Part shown: piece after piece, positions 1-8,685 of the stretch
How positions within the stretch are numbered: the stretch's first letter is position 1
Layout: each line of letters starts with the position of its first letter
Assembly: GCA_902533655.1 (NCBI GenBank)
Contig: CACAMX010000001.1
Coordinates: forward strand, 6,408 to 70,407
Reading direction: 5' to 3'
Origin: an uncultured Bacteroidota bacterium
GTDB lineage: Bacteria > Bacteroidota > Bacteroidia > Flavobacteriales > BACL11
Length of the DNA stretch: 64,000 nt
The notes under the pieces: model-generated
Told to the model about the DNA's origin: nothing
Database searches by the model: none
Seen by the model: only the letters and a program-made list of their open reading frames with translations
Position numbers and translations under genes: made by a program

Positions 1-67
1 TAAAAACAAATACAATAAATAACCATTTCAATCTGCTACTGTTTTTTATTTCATCAATTATTTTCAT
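1..67 (-). CDS. 5' end of an unidentified gene running off the left edge (partial)
   Basis: ATG at 67..65 on the minus strand overlaps the TGA stop of the upstream ORF (ATGA overlap). The frame stays open to base 2 and reads MKIIDEIKNSSRLKWLFIVFVF. Only 22 codons are visible. Confidence 0.3.
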   Translation of the reverse strand, partial: MKIIDEIKNSSRLKWLFIVFVF

Positions 68-750
68 TGCAAGTGGTTGAGTTTGATTGAAGATTCGCTA
101 ATTCTTTGTTCAATAGAAAATAATATTCCTCTAATTATTTCTTCTTCAAGATATTTTTCAAAAGAAAAATTATTACTTTTTGTCCAAGATAGTCTAGAGA
201 TGGGGATTTTGTTGTTTATCCTTACTAAATTGTTCCAAAGTAAACCAACTGAGTTGTTTTTTCTAAATTCTAATTTGAGATTTTTATTCACAATAAATTT
301 AATATTACCTATCTGCAAAATAAAATGGGAAAAGCTAGTTTTTTCATTAATTTTAATATTGCTAAAATTAGATTTAGTTATTTCAGTAATTATTTCATCT
401 TTGGAAATTTTACAAACTCTTTCTGCTGTTCTATTCATTTTAAATACAAGCTTATTAACTAGATTTCCTTTATCATATTTAATCAAAACATCTTTCATTT
501 TTTTGGCATCAGCTGGAAATTTAATTTTAATTGATTCATTTTTTAAAAATCCGTCTTTAATCATTATGTCACTAAAAGTTAAATCAAGAAGATTTAAATA
601 AGCTTCTTTTGATGTTGAGATATTATCAATTTTTTCTTCAGTTAGTTTTTTCTTTGATTTAACTACTATATTTTTTAAAGAATTAATCTGAGAGAAGTTT
701 TGATTAAGAAAAAATATTGATAGAATTAGTGTGAGTGAATACCTTAACAT
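64..750 (-). CDS. Secreted DUF4197-like protein (hypothetical)
   Basis: 228-aa ORF with an ATG start and an N-terminal signal-like segment (LTLILSIFFLNQNFSQ). The central DGFLKNESIKIKFPADAKK...KMNRTAE block resembles my recollection of the DUF4197 family. The function assignment is tentative. Confidence 0.55.
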   Translation of the reverse strand: MLRYSLTLILSIFFLNQNFSQINSLKNIVVKSKKKLTEEKIDNISTSKEAYLNLLDLTFSDIMIKDGFLKNESIKIKFPADAKKMKDVLIKYDKGNLVNKLVFKMNRTAERVCKISKDEIITEITKSNFSNIKINEKTSFSHFILQIGNIKFIVNKNLKLEFRKNNSVGLLWNNLVRINNKIPISRLSWTKSNNFSFEKYLEEEIIRGILFSIEQRISESSIKLNHLQ

Positions 751-796
751 AGAACAAATTTAGTAACATATTTTAGTTACTTAAAATTATTGAGAA

Positions 797-834
797 AATA
801 AAAAAAACCCCACAATGTGTGAGGTTAATTTTTT
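797..834 (-). terminator. Bidirectional hairpin terminator downstream of the CAT-anticodon tRNA
   Basis: AACCCCACA / TGTGAGGTT stem (806..814 with 818..826, 9 bp, one mismatch) and a 3-nt loop. An A-run lies on the left (a T-run on the minus strand) and TTTTTT on the right. Confidence 0.6.
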
Positions 835-835
835 G

Positions 836-909
836 TGGGCCTAGTTGGGCTTGAACCAACGACCCCTTGATTATGAGTCAAGTGCTCTAACCAGCTGAGC
901 TATAGGCCC
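836..909 (-). tRNA. tRNA with CAT anticodon (elongator Met or lysidine-type Ile2; not distinguishable by eye)
   Basis: The reverse complement reads GGGCCTATAGCTCAGCTGGTTAGAGCACTTGACTCATAATCAAGGGGTCGTTGGTTCAAGCCCAACTAGGCCCA. It has a 7-bp acceptor stem (GGGCCTA/TAGGCCC), a CTCATAA anticodon loop and a GGTTCAAGCC T-arm. CCA is not encoded. Confidence 0.9.
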
Positions 910-975
910 TCTTTTTTAAAAATAAAAAGATGGACAAAACTATTAAAATAACTTGATATTTAAGTATTTTACAAA

Positions 976-1596
976 ATGAATAATATTGACACATTAATTT
1001 TCGATTTTGGCGGGGTAATTATTAATTTGGATTATAGCAAACCCGTTGATGAATTTAAAAAATTAGGAATCGCAGACTCAAAAAAACTGTATTCAAAAAA
1101 AGAACAAACAAAGTTATTTGATAGTCTTGAATGCGGTCAAATTTCTGATGAAAATTTTTTGAATGAAATTAGGAAAAAAAGTAAAACAAATGATTTAGAA
1201 TTAATAAGAAAAGCATGGAATTCGATTTTATTAAATATTCCTGAGGAAAGAGTTCGTTTAATAAAAAAGCTGAGGTCAAAATATAAAATTTTTCTTCTTA
1301 GCAATACCAACGCCATTCACTTAAAAGAAATAATAAGTTCATATGGTGAAAAAAAATGGAGGAATTTTATTAGCATATTTAACGAAGTTTATTTTTCAAA
1401 TCAAATTGGAATGAGAAAGCCAAACGAGGATGTTTTTTTTTATGTCATTAACAAAAATAAACTAGATATCTCAAAAACTCTTTTTATTGATGATTCTCTT
1501 CAACATATTGAAGTTGCAAAAAAAATTGGCCTCAAAACGCATCACCTAACTAATAGTGAAGATATTATTGGTTTATTTCTTGAGATAATTCAATAA
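976..1596 (+). CDS. HAD-superfamily hydrolase (subfamily IA-like phosphatase)
   Basis: 206 aa. N-terminal LIFDFGGVII (HAD motif I), LLSNTN (motif II) and a C-terminal FIDDS acidic motif. Confidence 0.8.
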   Translation: MNNIDTLIFDFGGVIINLDYSKPVDEFKKLGIADSKKLYSKKEQTKLFDSLECGQISDENFLNEIRKKSKTNDLELIRKAWNSILLNIPEERVRLIKKLRSKYKIFLLSNTNAIHLKEIISSYGEKKWRNFISIFNEVYFSNQIGMRKPNEDVFFYVINKNKLDISKTLFIDDSLQHIEVAKKIGLKTHHLTNSEDIIGLFLEIIQ

Positions 1597-1969
1597 GAAC
1601 ACCACAGGTATCTTTGGGATGTAAAAAGCAGATTTTTTTGTTATCAGCTCCTAATTTAGGGTTATCATTCAAAACCCTAATGCCGCTGTTAATAACTCTT
1701 TTCATTTCACTTTCAATATTATCGACTTCAATACAAATATGATGAATACCTTCGCTTTTTTTTGATAAATATTTACTAATCGTGTTTTCTTTTGAAAATG
1801 AGGATATCAATTCAATTTTTGACTCTCCCAAATTAAAAAAAACTGTTTCTACCCCTTCACTGTCAACAATTTCTCTCTTTGAAGGATTTACATTCAATAC
1901 TTTCTTAAAGATTTCTATTGAATCATCTAATGAATTAACTGCAACTCCAATATGATTAATTTTTTTCAT
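1565..1969 (-). CDS. mce: Methylmalonyl-CoA epimerase (VOC/glyoxalase fold)
   Basis: 134 aa. Motifs INHIGVAV, GIHHICIEVDNI and a C-terminal GVLIEL, at the typical mce size. Its 3' end overlaps the convergent HAD gene by 32 nt. Confidence 0.8.
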   Translation of the reverse strand: MKKINHIGVAVNSLDDSIEIFKKVLNVNPSKREIVDSEGVETVFFNLGESKIELISSFSKENTISKYLSKKSEGIHHICIEVDNIESEMKRVINSGIRVLNDNPKLGADNKKICFLHPKDTCGVLIELSQEINQ

Positions 1970-1975
1970 AAAATA

Positions 1976-2899
1976 TTAGTAGTCCCAAAAACTGATATGT
2001 CTTTCACTCAACTCAGACACAAACTTATAAGTTATACCTATCTGATGAGAACCATAATTGTGTATCATTATATTTCCATTAAATGAGTGTTCATAGCAAT
2101 AACTAATTGAAATGTCGTTTAAGTCAAATCCAAAAGAAAAATAAATAGTATTGTCAGATCTATAGTTTGTTCCAATCCATTTGTTTTTCAAATGATGTAG
2201 TCTAGTGTTAAAATTATATAATGTTCTATTCTTGTTACTATTAATCATAATGGATGGTTGTAAATGCCAATCATTGTCAATGATATTAAAAGAATAGCTA
2301 ACATCATAATTATGATTTCTAAAACTATTGTTTATTTTATATCCTTTACCATTTTCCGTATTAAAGACACTTTCAAGCATATTTGTCTGAGAGTATGAAA
2401 AATAAAATTTTTCTGAGTAAAAAAGTGCACCTGCTGACACATCTCCTGTAAGTTCATCGACTAAATCAAAGTTAAATGCGGGATCTGTTCCAGGAGGAAT
2501 ATCGGCAATATCAAATTTTAATCTGTAATAAATCAATTTTGGTCCTACACCAAATGCAAGATTAAAATTATTGTCATTAAGTGGTATATGATAAGCATAA
2601 TTTAACTGCATTTCTGATTTCTGTGATGGTAAAGTAACATCGTGAACAAAATTAATTCCAAGAGCTGATCTATTATTTACCGCACCACTATAAGAAATGT
2701 TTGATGAAAATGGTGCATCTTGAAATCCTAACCACTGTTTTCTAACTTGAATTACTAGAGGGTTATATGATTTTGATCCAGAAAAGGCAGGATTATTTAT
2801 ATCTGGACTTTCAAAATGATTATTAAATATTGCGTTTTGCTGTGAAAAGACTTTCTCAGTCGAAAAGAAAATGAAAAAAATTAAGAAAAATCTTTTCAT
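1976..2899 (-). CDS. PorP/SprF-family type IX secretion system membrane protein
   Basis: 307 aa. Signal peptide followed by SQQNAIF...NNPAFSG...RKQWLGFQDAP, the characteristic PorP/SprF N-terminal signature. Beta-barrel-like alternating sequence. Lies immediately downstream of a type-B CTD cargo gene, with a 4-nt overlap. Confidence 0.85.
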   Translation of the reverse strand: MKRFFLIFFIFFSTEKVFSQQNAIFNNHFESPDINNPAFSGSKSYNPLVIQVRKQWLGFQDAPFSSNISYSGAVNNRSALGINFVHDVTLPSQKSEMQLNYAYHIPLNDNNFNLAFGVGPKLIYYRLKFDIADIPPGTDPAFNFDLVDELTGDVSAGALFYSEKFYFSYSQTNMLESVFNTENGKGYKINNSFRNHNYDVSYSFNIIDNDWHLQPSIMINSNKNRTLYNFNTRLHHLKNKWIGTNYRSDNTIYFSFGFDLNDISISYCYEHSFNGNIMIHNYGSHQIGITYKFVSELSERHISFWDY

Positions 2900-3966
2900 C
2901 TGACAATTGTAATTGCGCCCTTTAATACCTGATTTTCATCTGATAAGTCAATTATATAATAATATGTTGCTGAAGGCAGTGGATCTCCATTTTTATCATT
3001 TCCTGAAAACCCTAGCTCGAAAGAGTTTTGATAGTTCCTCCTTCTGAAAACTTGCTCTCCACTTCTTGAATAAATCTCGATTAATGCATTGGGGTACATT
3101 TCAATGTTTTCAATATTCCAAATTGGGTTATACATATCATCGTTGGGTGAGAATACTTTGTAAAACTTTAAACATTTCTTTGGATTAGTTTTTACTTCAA
3201 TGCTATCAATTAATTTACAACCATAAGCATCTGTAATTTGAACTGAATACCAGCCGGGGGAAAGCATTTCAATTCTTGAATTTGGATCAATTTCATCTAA
3301 AACAACTATCTCATTTGACCATCTGTATTCAAATGGAGAGTTTCCGTTGGTTACAAAAACTCTAGCATCTCCATTCTTATCATCTATACAAGTAGCTCCT
3401 GTTGATGACATATACGACCTAATTGAATTTTTGATAGGGACATATAAAAATTGATCACTAGAACAAAAATTTGCATCTATAATGTTAAGCGTGTATGTAT
3501 TATTTTGTTTTAAATTTTGAGCATTTCTGCTAGTATCACCATTACTCCATTGTGTGATATATGGTGAAGTACCTCCTATTATCTTTGTTGAGACATCAGC
3601 AGAATCAGTTATTGAGCACAAATTACTTATATCAAAAATTGCTTTAATGGCTATTGTTTGCTCGACCCTAATTGAATCAATCTCATAACATACTATTGCC
3701 GTTGATGTATCACCTGGGACTTGATTTTGCATTATATGAATTGCATAAGTACCTGAGTATAAATTTGATATTGTATTATTGTTTGAATAATAACCATTAT
3801 TACTTGTCCACCAAAAAGTTGAATTATTGTCATTAACTGATATATCAATTGAACCTGTGTTGGCTCCGAAGCAGTTTACATTTTCAATATTTAATAATGT
3901 GTAGTTGCATTGAGCAAAACAAATATTGCTAATGAGAAGAAAAGCAAGAGTTAAATTTATTATCAC
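2896..3966 (-). CDS. T9SS type-B sorting-domain (gliding-motility C-terminal domain) surface protein with SprB-like repeats
   Basis: The C-terminus FSPNDDMYNPIW...IEIYSRSGEQVF...LPSATYYYIIDL...GAITIVR matches the CHU_C/type-B CTD pattern. I place the start at GTG 3966..3964, giving the signal peptide (M)IINLTLAFLLISNICFAQ. The ORF-track start at 4074 lies inside the tRNA-Cys gene. Confidence 0.8.
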   Translation of the reverse strand: MIINLTLAFLLISNICFAQCNYTLLNIENVNCFGANTGSIDISVNDNNSTFWWTSNNGYYSNNNTISNLYSGTYAIHIMQNQVPGDTSTAIVCYEIDSIRVEQTIAIKAIFDISNLCSITDSADVSTKIIGGTSPYITQWSNGDTSRNAQNLKQNNTYTLNIIDANFCSSDQFLYVPIKNSIRSYMSSTGATCIDDKNGDARVFVTNGNSPFEYRWSNEIVVLDEIDPNSRIEMLSPGWYSVQITDAYGCKLIDSIEVKTNPKKCLKFYKVFSPNDDMYNPIWNIENIEMYPNALIEIYSRSGEQVFRRRNYQNSFELGFSGNDKNGDPLPSATYYYIIDLSDENQVLKGAITIVR

Positions 3967-3980
3967 TTTATGATTTGTTA

Positions 3981-3988
3981 CAAATATA
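3981..3988 (-). promoter_or_regulatory. Candidate Bacteroidota -7 box (TATATTTG = TAnnTTTG) for the type-B cargo gene
   Basis: The minus strand reads TATATTTG 15 nt upstream of the proposed GTG start, directly after the tRNA-Cys terminator hairpin. Such octamers arise easily by chance in AT-rich DNA. Confidence 0.3.
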
Positions 3989-4013
3989 CAAAACCCACTA
4001 TTAAAGTGGGTTT
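3985..4013 (-). terminator. Hairpin terminator after tRNA-Cys
   Basis: 8-bp stem AAACCCAC/GTGGGTTT (3991..3998 with 4006..4013) and a 7-nt loop. On the minus strand it is followed by the T-rich TTTTGTATATTTG. Confidence 0.55.
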
Positions 4014-4017
4014 CTTG

Positions 4018-4088
4018 AGGTATCGAGCGGATTCGAACCGCTGTAGATGGTGTTGCAGACCACTGCCTAGCCACTCGGCCACGATACC
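4018..4088 (-). tRNA. tRNA-Cys (GCA)
   Basis: The reverse complement reads GGTATCGTGGCCGAGTGGCTAGGCAGTGGTCTGCAACACCATCTACAGCGGTTCGAATCCGCTCGATACCT. It has a GGTATCG/CGATACC acceptor stem, a CTGCAAC loop with the GCA anticodon, and the U73 discriminator typical of tRNA-Cys. Confidence 0.9.
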
Positions 4089-4132
4089 ATATCTAACGCA
4101 AATTTAAATAATAGAAATACAAATCAGTTATT

Positions 4133-4690
4133 TTAATTAAAATTATTCATTGCGGAGTTAATACCTTGAGTTACATAACAATCAACAATCTTGTGACATT
4201 TTTCTTTGATAAATTTGATTTCAGATGTTTCAAAATCTGAAAACTTTTCAAGTACATAATTTGATTGATTACCTCTTTTAAAATCATTTCCAATGCCTAC
4301 TCTTAATCTTGGGTACATACTTGAACACAAATAATCGTTAATGCTTTTTAACCCATTGTGACCTCCATCGCTGCCAAGAGCCTTCAATCTCGTTTTACTA
4401 AAACCCAAAGCCAAATCATCAGTTATTACTAATAAGTTATCAAAATTAATTTTGAGCTTCTGTTTCCAAAACTTTACTGATTTTCCACTATTGTTCATAA
4501 ACAAAGAGGGTTTGAGAAAATGCAAGGTTCTAGATTTGTATCTTGACGATGCATAATATCCGTATTTTTCCTCAACAAAAGAAACTGATAGTTCTGATGC
4601 TAAATAATCCAATATTGAAAAACCAATGTTATGTCTGGTATTTTCATATTCGGAACCAACATTTCCAAGTCCAATGATTAGGAACTTCAT
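4133..4690 (-). CDS. pth: Peptidyl-tRNA hydrolase
   Basis: 185 aa. The N-terminus is the canonical MKFLIIGLGNVGSEYENTRHNIGF. GHNGLKSI motif present. Confidence 0.95.
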   Translation of the reverse strand: MKFLIIGLGNVGSEYENTRHNIGFSILDYLASELSVSFVEEKYGYYASSRYKSRTLHFLKPSLFMNNSGKSVKFWKQKLKINFDNLLVITDDLALGFSKTRLKALGSDGGHNGLKSINDYLCSSMYPRLRVGIGNDFKRGNQSNYVLEKFSDFETSEIKFIKEKCHKIVDCYVTQGINSAMNNFN

Positions 4691-4697
4691 TTAAAAA

Positions 4698-5375
4698 CTA
4701 TTCTTGTTTTTCTGAGGATTCTTCTTTAGCAGACTCTTTATCAGTTTTATTTTCGGATTCAGAGGCTGTATCTGATGATTTATCATTTCCACTTTCTTCT
4801 TCATTTTCCTCTTCAATTTCATCTTCCAATGCTCCTCTCGCAGTTTTCACTCCAACAACTACAGAACTATCAGGAGCTAGAAAATTATAATTATCATTTC
4901 TTAGATCCTTAATATATATAAAATCTCCTATTTTGAGTTCCTCAATGTTGACTTCAATTGCATCTGGTAAATTTGATGGCAAACCTCTTGTGATAATTTT
5001 TTTTCTTCTATGTAATAAATTACCTCCGTTTCTCACTCCAATTGCTAAACCTTTTAAAGTAACTGGTATTGATATTGTTACCTCTTTGTTATCAAAAATT
5101 TCTAAAAAATCTATGTGTAATATTTTGTCAGTTACAGGATGAAACTGAATATCCTGCATTATAGCTTTATATTTGATGTTATCAATTTCAAGTTCAACAA
5201 AATATACATTAGGAGTATAAACTAGGTTTCTAAATGCATTGGTCTCTGCATAGAAACACACTTGCTTTTCTCCCCCGTAAAGAACGCATGGAACCATACC
5301 CTGATTTCTTAGAGCTTTAGAATCTGACTTTCCAACAGATTTTCTAATATTTGCGCTAATAGCTAGTGTTTTCAT
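4698..5375 (-). CDS. rplY: 50S ribosomal protein L25 / general stress protein Ctc, with an acidic Ser/Glu-rich tail
   Basis: 225 aa. The LRNQGMVPCVLYGG motif and classic pth-ctc-prs synteny support the call. The last ~45 aa are E/S/K-rich low complexity. Confidence 0.9.
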   Translation of the reverse strand: MKTLAISANIRKSVGKSDSKALRNQGMVPCVLYGGEKQVCFYAETNAFRNLVYTPNVYFVELEIDNIKYKAIMQDIQFHPVTDKILHIDFLEIFDNKEVTISIPVTLKGLAIGVRNGGNLLHRRKKIITRGLPSNLPDAIEVNIEELKIGDFIYIKDLRNDNYNFLAPDSSVVVGVKTARGALEDEIEEENEEESGNDKSSDTASESENKTDKESAKEESSEKQE

Positions 5376-5385
5376 ATGTTAAATA

Positions 5386-6324
5386 TTAAATTAAAAAATT
5401 TTTTGTTATTGACTTCTTTTTCATAACTGCATCAATTGTGTTTGCAAAAATTTCTGCAGTTGTGATCACTTTAATTTTTTTTGAATTGTGTCTTTTTAAT
5501 ATAGTATCAGTTACTACTACTTCTTCTAAATTAGAGTTATTTATTCTTTCATATGCATTAGATGAAAATAAACCATGAGTACATATTGCTCTAACTGATT
5601 GAGCTCCGTTTTTAATCATTAAATCAGCTGCCTTAGTTAACGTACCTGCTGTGTCTACCATATCATCAACAAGGATCACGTTTTTATCTTTTACATCTCC
5701 AATTATCATCATTTTACTGACCTCGTTTGCCTTCTCTCTGTGCTTGTAACAAACAACGACTTGGGAATTTAAAAACTTGGCATAAGTATTGGCTCTTTTT
5801 GTACCTCCCATATCAGGAGATGCTATAATTAGGTTGTCTAAGTTTAAGGATTCCAGATAGGGGACAAATAACGTTGATGCATATAGATGATCAACTGGAA
5901 CTTCAAAAAATCCTTGAATTTGGTCTGCATGAAGATCCATAGTCATGATTCTATGTACTCCAGCAGCCATTAACAAATTAGCTACTAATTTAGCTCCAAT
6001 CGGAACTCTGGGCCTGCCCTTCTTATCTTGTCTTGCATAACCAAAATATGGAATGACGGCTATAATTTTGTACGCAGATGCTCTTTTTGCGGCATCAATC
6101 ATTAATAACAATTCCATTAAATTTTCAGAGGGTGGTGTTGTCGATTGAACTAAAAATACATGAGAACCTCTGACAGTTTCGTTGAATGATGGTTCAAATT
6201 CACCGTCACTAAACTTTACAACTGATGTATTGCAAATTTCTGTATCTAATGCCTGGGAAATTTTTCTTGCCAAATCTAGAGTTGATTGACATCCAATTAT
6301 TTTGATTAGTTCTTTGTTTTCCAT
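5386..6324 (-). CDS. prs: Ribose-phosphate diphosphokinase (PRPP synthetase)
   Basis: 312 aa. Motifs DLHADQIQGFF, VLVDDMVDTAGT and YARQDKK. Confidence 0.95.
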   Translation of the reverse strand: MENKELIKIIGCQSTLDLARKISQALDTEICNTSVVKFSDGEFEPSFNETVRGSHVFLVQSTTPPSENLMELLLMIDAAKRASAYKIIAVIPYFGYARQDKKGRPRVPIGAKLVANLLMAAGVHRIMTMDLHADQIQGFFEVPVDHLYASTLFVPYLESLNLDNLIIASPDMGGTKRANTYAKFLNSQVVVCYKHREKANEVSKMMIIGDVKDKNVILVDDMVDTAGTLTKAADLMIKNGAQSVRAICTHGLFSSNAYERINNSNLEEVVVTDTILKRHNSKKIKVITTAEIFANTIDAVMKKKSITKNFLI

Positions 6325-6405
6325 ATTTAAAAGAAGGGGTGCAAATATACTACATTTAGTATAATAATTTTAAATTTTATATGCTGATATTTAGTCAGAC
6401 AATAT

Positions 6406-6413
6406 TACTTTTG
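6406..6413 (+). promoter_or_regulatory. Candidate -7 box (TACTTTTG) upstream of tRNA-Leu
   Basis: TAnnTTTG match ending 14 nt before the mature tRNA 5' end. There is no clean -33 TTG (CTG at the expected spacing). Confidence 0.35.
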
Positions 6414-6426
6414 TAATCTGAATTAA

Positions 6427-6508
6427 GCCCAGATGGCGGAATTGGTAGACGCGTTGGTCTCAAACACCAATGAGGAAACTCGTGCCGGTTCGACCCCGGC
6501 TCTGGGTA
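6427..6508 (+). tRNA. tRNA-Leu (CAA)
   Basis: GCCCAGATGGCGGAATTGGTAGACGCGTTGGTCTCAAACACCAATGAGGAAACTCGTGCCGGTTCGACCCCGGCTCTGGGTA. It has a long variable arm, a CTCAAAC loop with the CAA anticodon, and a GCCGG/CCGGC T-stem. Confidence 0.9.
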
Positions 6509-6523
6509 CTAAAGTTCAAAAAA

Positions 6524-6967
6524 ATGAGTATTAAATTAGATAAACAGAGAAAATACGACAAAGCCTATCTAAGAATGGCAATAGAATGGAGTAAATTATC
6601 TAAATGTCAAAGAAAAAAAGTTGGAGCCTTGATTGTAAAAAATAATATGATAATCTCTGATGGTTATAATGGAACACCAGCAGGTTTTGATAACGATTGT
6701 GAAGATGAAAATGGATTGACTAATTGGTATGTTTTGCATGCTGAAGCCAATGCAATTTTAAAAACTGCTGCGTCAACTCATGATTGTACAAATAGCACTT
6801 TATATTTAACACTCTCTCCTTGTAAGGAATGTAGCAAGCTAATTGTTCAGTCGAAAATTAAAAGACTAGTTTATATTGATAAGTACAAAGACGAAACATC
6901 TCTTCATTTTTTAAGTCAAATGGGTATTGAGATTGAACAAATAACTTTAGATGAGCTCAGTGAATAA
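6524..6967 (+). CDS. dCMP (deoxycytidylate) deaminase family protein
   Basis: Zinc-binding motifs HAEANA and PCKECSKLI. I use ATG 6524 (MSIKLDKQRKYDKAYL...) because the ORF-track start at 6470 lies inside tRNA-Leu. Confidence 0.85.
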   Translation: MSIKLDKQRKYDKAYLRMAIEWSKLSKCQRKKVGALIVKNNMIISDGYNGTPAGFDNDCEDENGLTNWYVLHAEANAILKTAASTHDCTNSTLYLTLSPCKECSKLIVQSKIKRLVYIDKYKDETSLHFLSQMGIEIEQITLDELSE

Positions 6968-8456
6968 TTATTCCTCATATCGTCCAATTATATATTCTAT
7001 TGTCTTAATTTTTGGAATTTTTCTTGGAAAGAATTTAATTAAAAATGAGGATTATGGTCAACTTAATTATTTAAATGAACTCATAAAAAATAATTATGTT
7101 GATAGCATAAATATTGAAAAAATCAACGAACAGATTTTTCAAAAAATACTTTCAGAGCTTGATCCGCACTCCACATACATTTCAAAAAAATCATTTCAAC
7201 AAGTTGATGAAAATATGAGAGGTAGTTTCAGCGGTGTTGGTATTGAATTTAGTATTATTAGAGATACTGTAGTAGTTGTAGCTGCGATTTCGGGCGGTCC
7301 TTCTTACGATTTAGGAATACAAGCTGGTGACAAGATAATAGAGGTAGACAATGTTGATTTTTGTTATCCTTCAATATCCAATTCTGATGTTGTTAACAAG
7401 CTCAGAGGAGAAAAAGGAACTTTTGTTGATATTAAAATACTCAGACCTAGTACTAGTAAACAAATAGACTATCGGATAAAGAGAAATAATATTCCTCTAG
7501 TTAGCATAGACTCAAAATTTATGATCAATGATAGTGTTGGTATAATTAAAATTAATCGCTTCTCTGCTACAACTTTTGATGAATTTAACTCATCTATCGA
7601 AGATTTGCTTAGTAAGAAAATGAATCATCTAGTTCTTGACCTAAGAGGTAATCCGGGAGGATATCTTGATGCTTCTATAGATATATGCAATCATTTCTTT
7701 AATGAGGGTACTCTTCTTGTGTACACTGAAGGCAATAAAAGAAAAAGAAGAAACTATTTTTCTGACTCATTTGGAAAGCTACAAAAAACCAAGTTAATTG
7801 TTCTAATTGATGAGGGATCAGCCTCTGCTTCTGAGATTTTAGCCGGTGCAATACAGGATAATGACAGAGGAATTATAATTGGAAGAAAATCATTTGGCAA
7901 AGGACTTGTTCAAGAAGAAATAAGAACAAAAGATGGTGGAGCTATTAGATTAACGACACAAAGATATTTTACACCTTCCGGAAGATTCATTCAAAAACCT
8001 TACAAGAGTCAAGATTCACTAACATCTGAAAAGGAGTTTTTAACTACAAAAGGAAGAAAAGTATTGTCTAATGGGGGAATTACTCCAGATGTTACAGTAC
8101 CTGTAGATTCAAGTTTGAATTTTTCAATTATTAATTTAGCGCTTGTAAATGGTTCTTTGAGAGACTTTTGCTTTGATTATGCCTCAATCATCAGATCAAA
8201 GGGAGTTGAAATAAGTGAAGACAACTTTAATTCCCAATTTAATATACAAGAAGCAAGAGCTGAATTTGTAAAAAAATACGAATTACAAGAATACATTACA
8301 AAACTTGGAAAAATAGAATCAGAATACCTAAATTTATTAATCACAGCTTCTATTGGTAGAAATTTGATGGGTGATTATTTTTACCATAAAACTTTATCAA
8401 CTAGTGATGATTTTATAGAATCTGCGCTCAAAAAATTTAATTCATGGGAAATATAA
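6951..8456 (+). CDS. S41-family C-terminal processing peptidase (PDZ-containing)
   Basis: 501 aa. Motifs LDLRGNPGGYL, SASASEILAGAIQDNDRG and FGKGLVQ (Ser/Lys dyad region), plus an N-terminal membrane anchor. Confidence 0.85.
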   Translation: MSSVNNYSSYRPIIYSIVLIFGIFLGKNLIKNEDYGQLNYLNELIKNNYVDSINIEKINEQIFQKILSELDPHSTYISKKSFQQVDENMRGSFSGVGIEFSIIRDTVVVVAAISGGPSYDLGIQAGDKIIEVDNVDFCYPSISNSDVVNKLRGEKGTFVDIKILRPSTSKQIDYRIKRNNIPLVSIDSKFMINDSVGIIKINRFSATTFDEFNSSIEDLLSKKMNHLVLDLRGNPGGYLDASIDICNHFFNEGTLLVYTEGNKRKRRNYFSDSFGKLQKTKLIVLIDEGSASASEILAGAIQDNDRGIIIGRKSFGKGLVQEEIRTKDGGAIRLTTQRYFTPSGRFIQKPYKSQDSLTSEKEFLTTKGRKVLSNGGITPDVTVPVDSSLNFSIINLALVNGSLRDFCFDYASIIRSKGVEISEDNFNSQFNIQEARAEFVKKYELQEYITKLGKIESEYLNLLITASIGRNLMGDYFYHKTLSTSDDFIESALKKFNSWEI

Positions 8457-8653
8457 TTTTAATACTACTAGTTTTTATTTTATCTACTGTATTCTTCGTT
8501 GCTAAGATTGATCTTTCAAGAAAAAAGATAGATAATGAAATTAAAAATGCAAAATCAAGTTTCACAAAATCAAAAAAATCAATTTTAAATTTTCTTTTAA
8601 GTGTTGTAATAGTATTTGCATTTTTAATTCTTTGCTATTTTTTAGTTTTCTAA
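8444..8653 (+). CDS. Small hypothetical membrane protein (two predicted TM helices)
   Basis: 69-aa ORF overlapping the peptidase stop by 13 nt. It has hydrophobic N- and C-terminal segments. No recognisable family. Confidence 0.35.
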   Translation: MGNIILILLVFILSTVFFVAKIDLSRKKIDNEIKNAKSSFTKSKKSILNFLLSVVIVFAFLILCYFLVF

Positions 8654-8685
8654 TTAATTTTGTATAACTTTGTATTATAATAGTT

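Noticed and set aside
77-601. Long antisense ORFs inside well-supported genes. Examples: 77..601(+), 9342..9713(-), 26118..26438(-), 36967..37368(-), 39453..39881(-), 44878..45171(-), 55352..55684(-), 55989..56327(-).
   Set aside because: Each lies entirely within, and opposite to, a gene with clear family motifs. Their translations are low-complexity Leu/Ile/Phe/Ser-rich strings with no recognisable motifs. Such shadow ORFs are expected in AT-rich DNA where stop codons are depleted opposite coding frames.
3967-4074. N-terminal extension of the type-B cargo ORF (ORF-track start at 4074), and likewise 6470..6523 for the dCMP deaminase ORF.
   Set aside because: The extensions read straight through the tRNA-Cys and tRNA-Leu genes. 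In the first case they also cross a terminator hairpin. Sensible internal starts exist (GTG 3966 giving a signal peptide; ATG 6524).
4698-4835. Acidic Ser/Glu/Lys-rich tail of L25/Ctc as a separate functional module.
   Set aside because: Low-complexity C-terminal tails of variable length are, to my recollection, common in Ctc-type L25 proteins. Nothing in the sequence suggests more than that.
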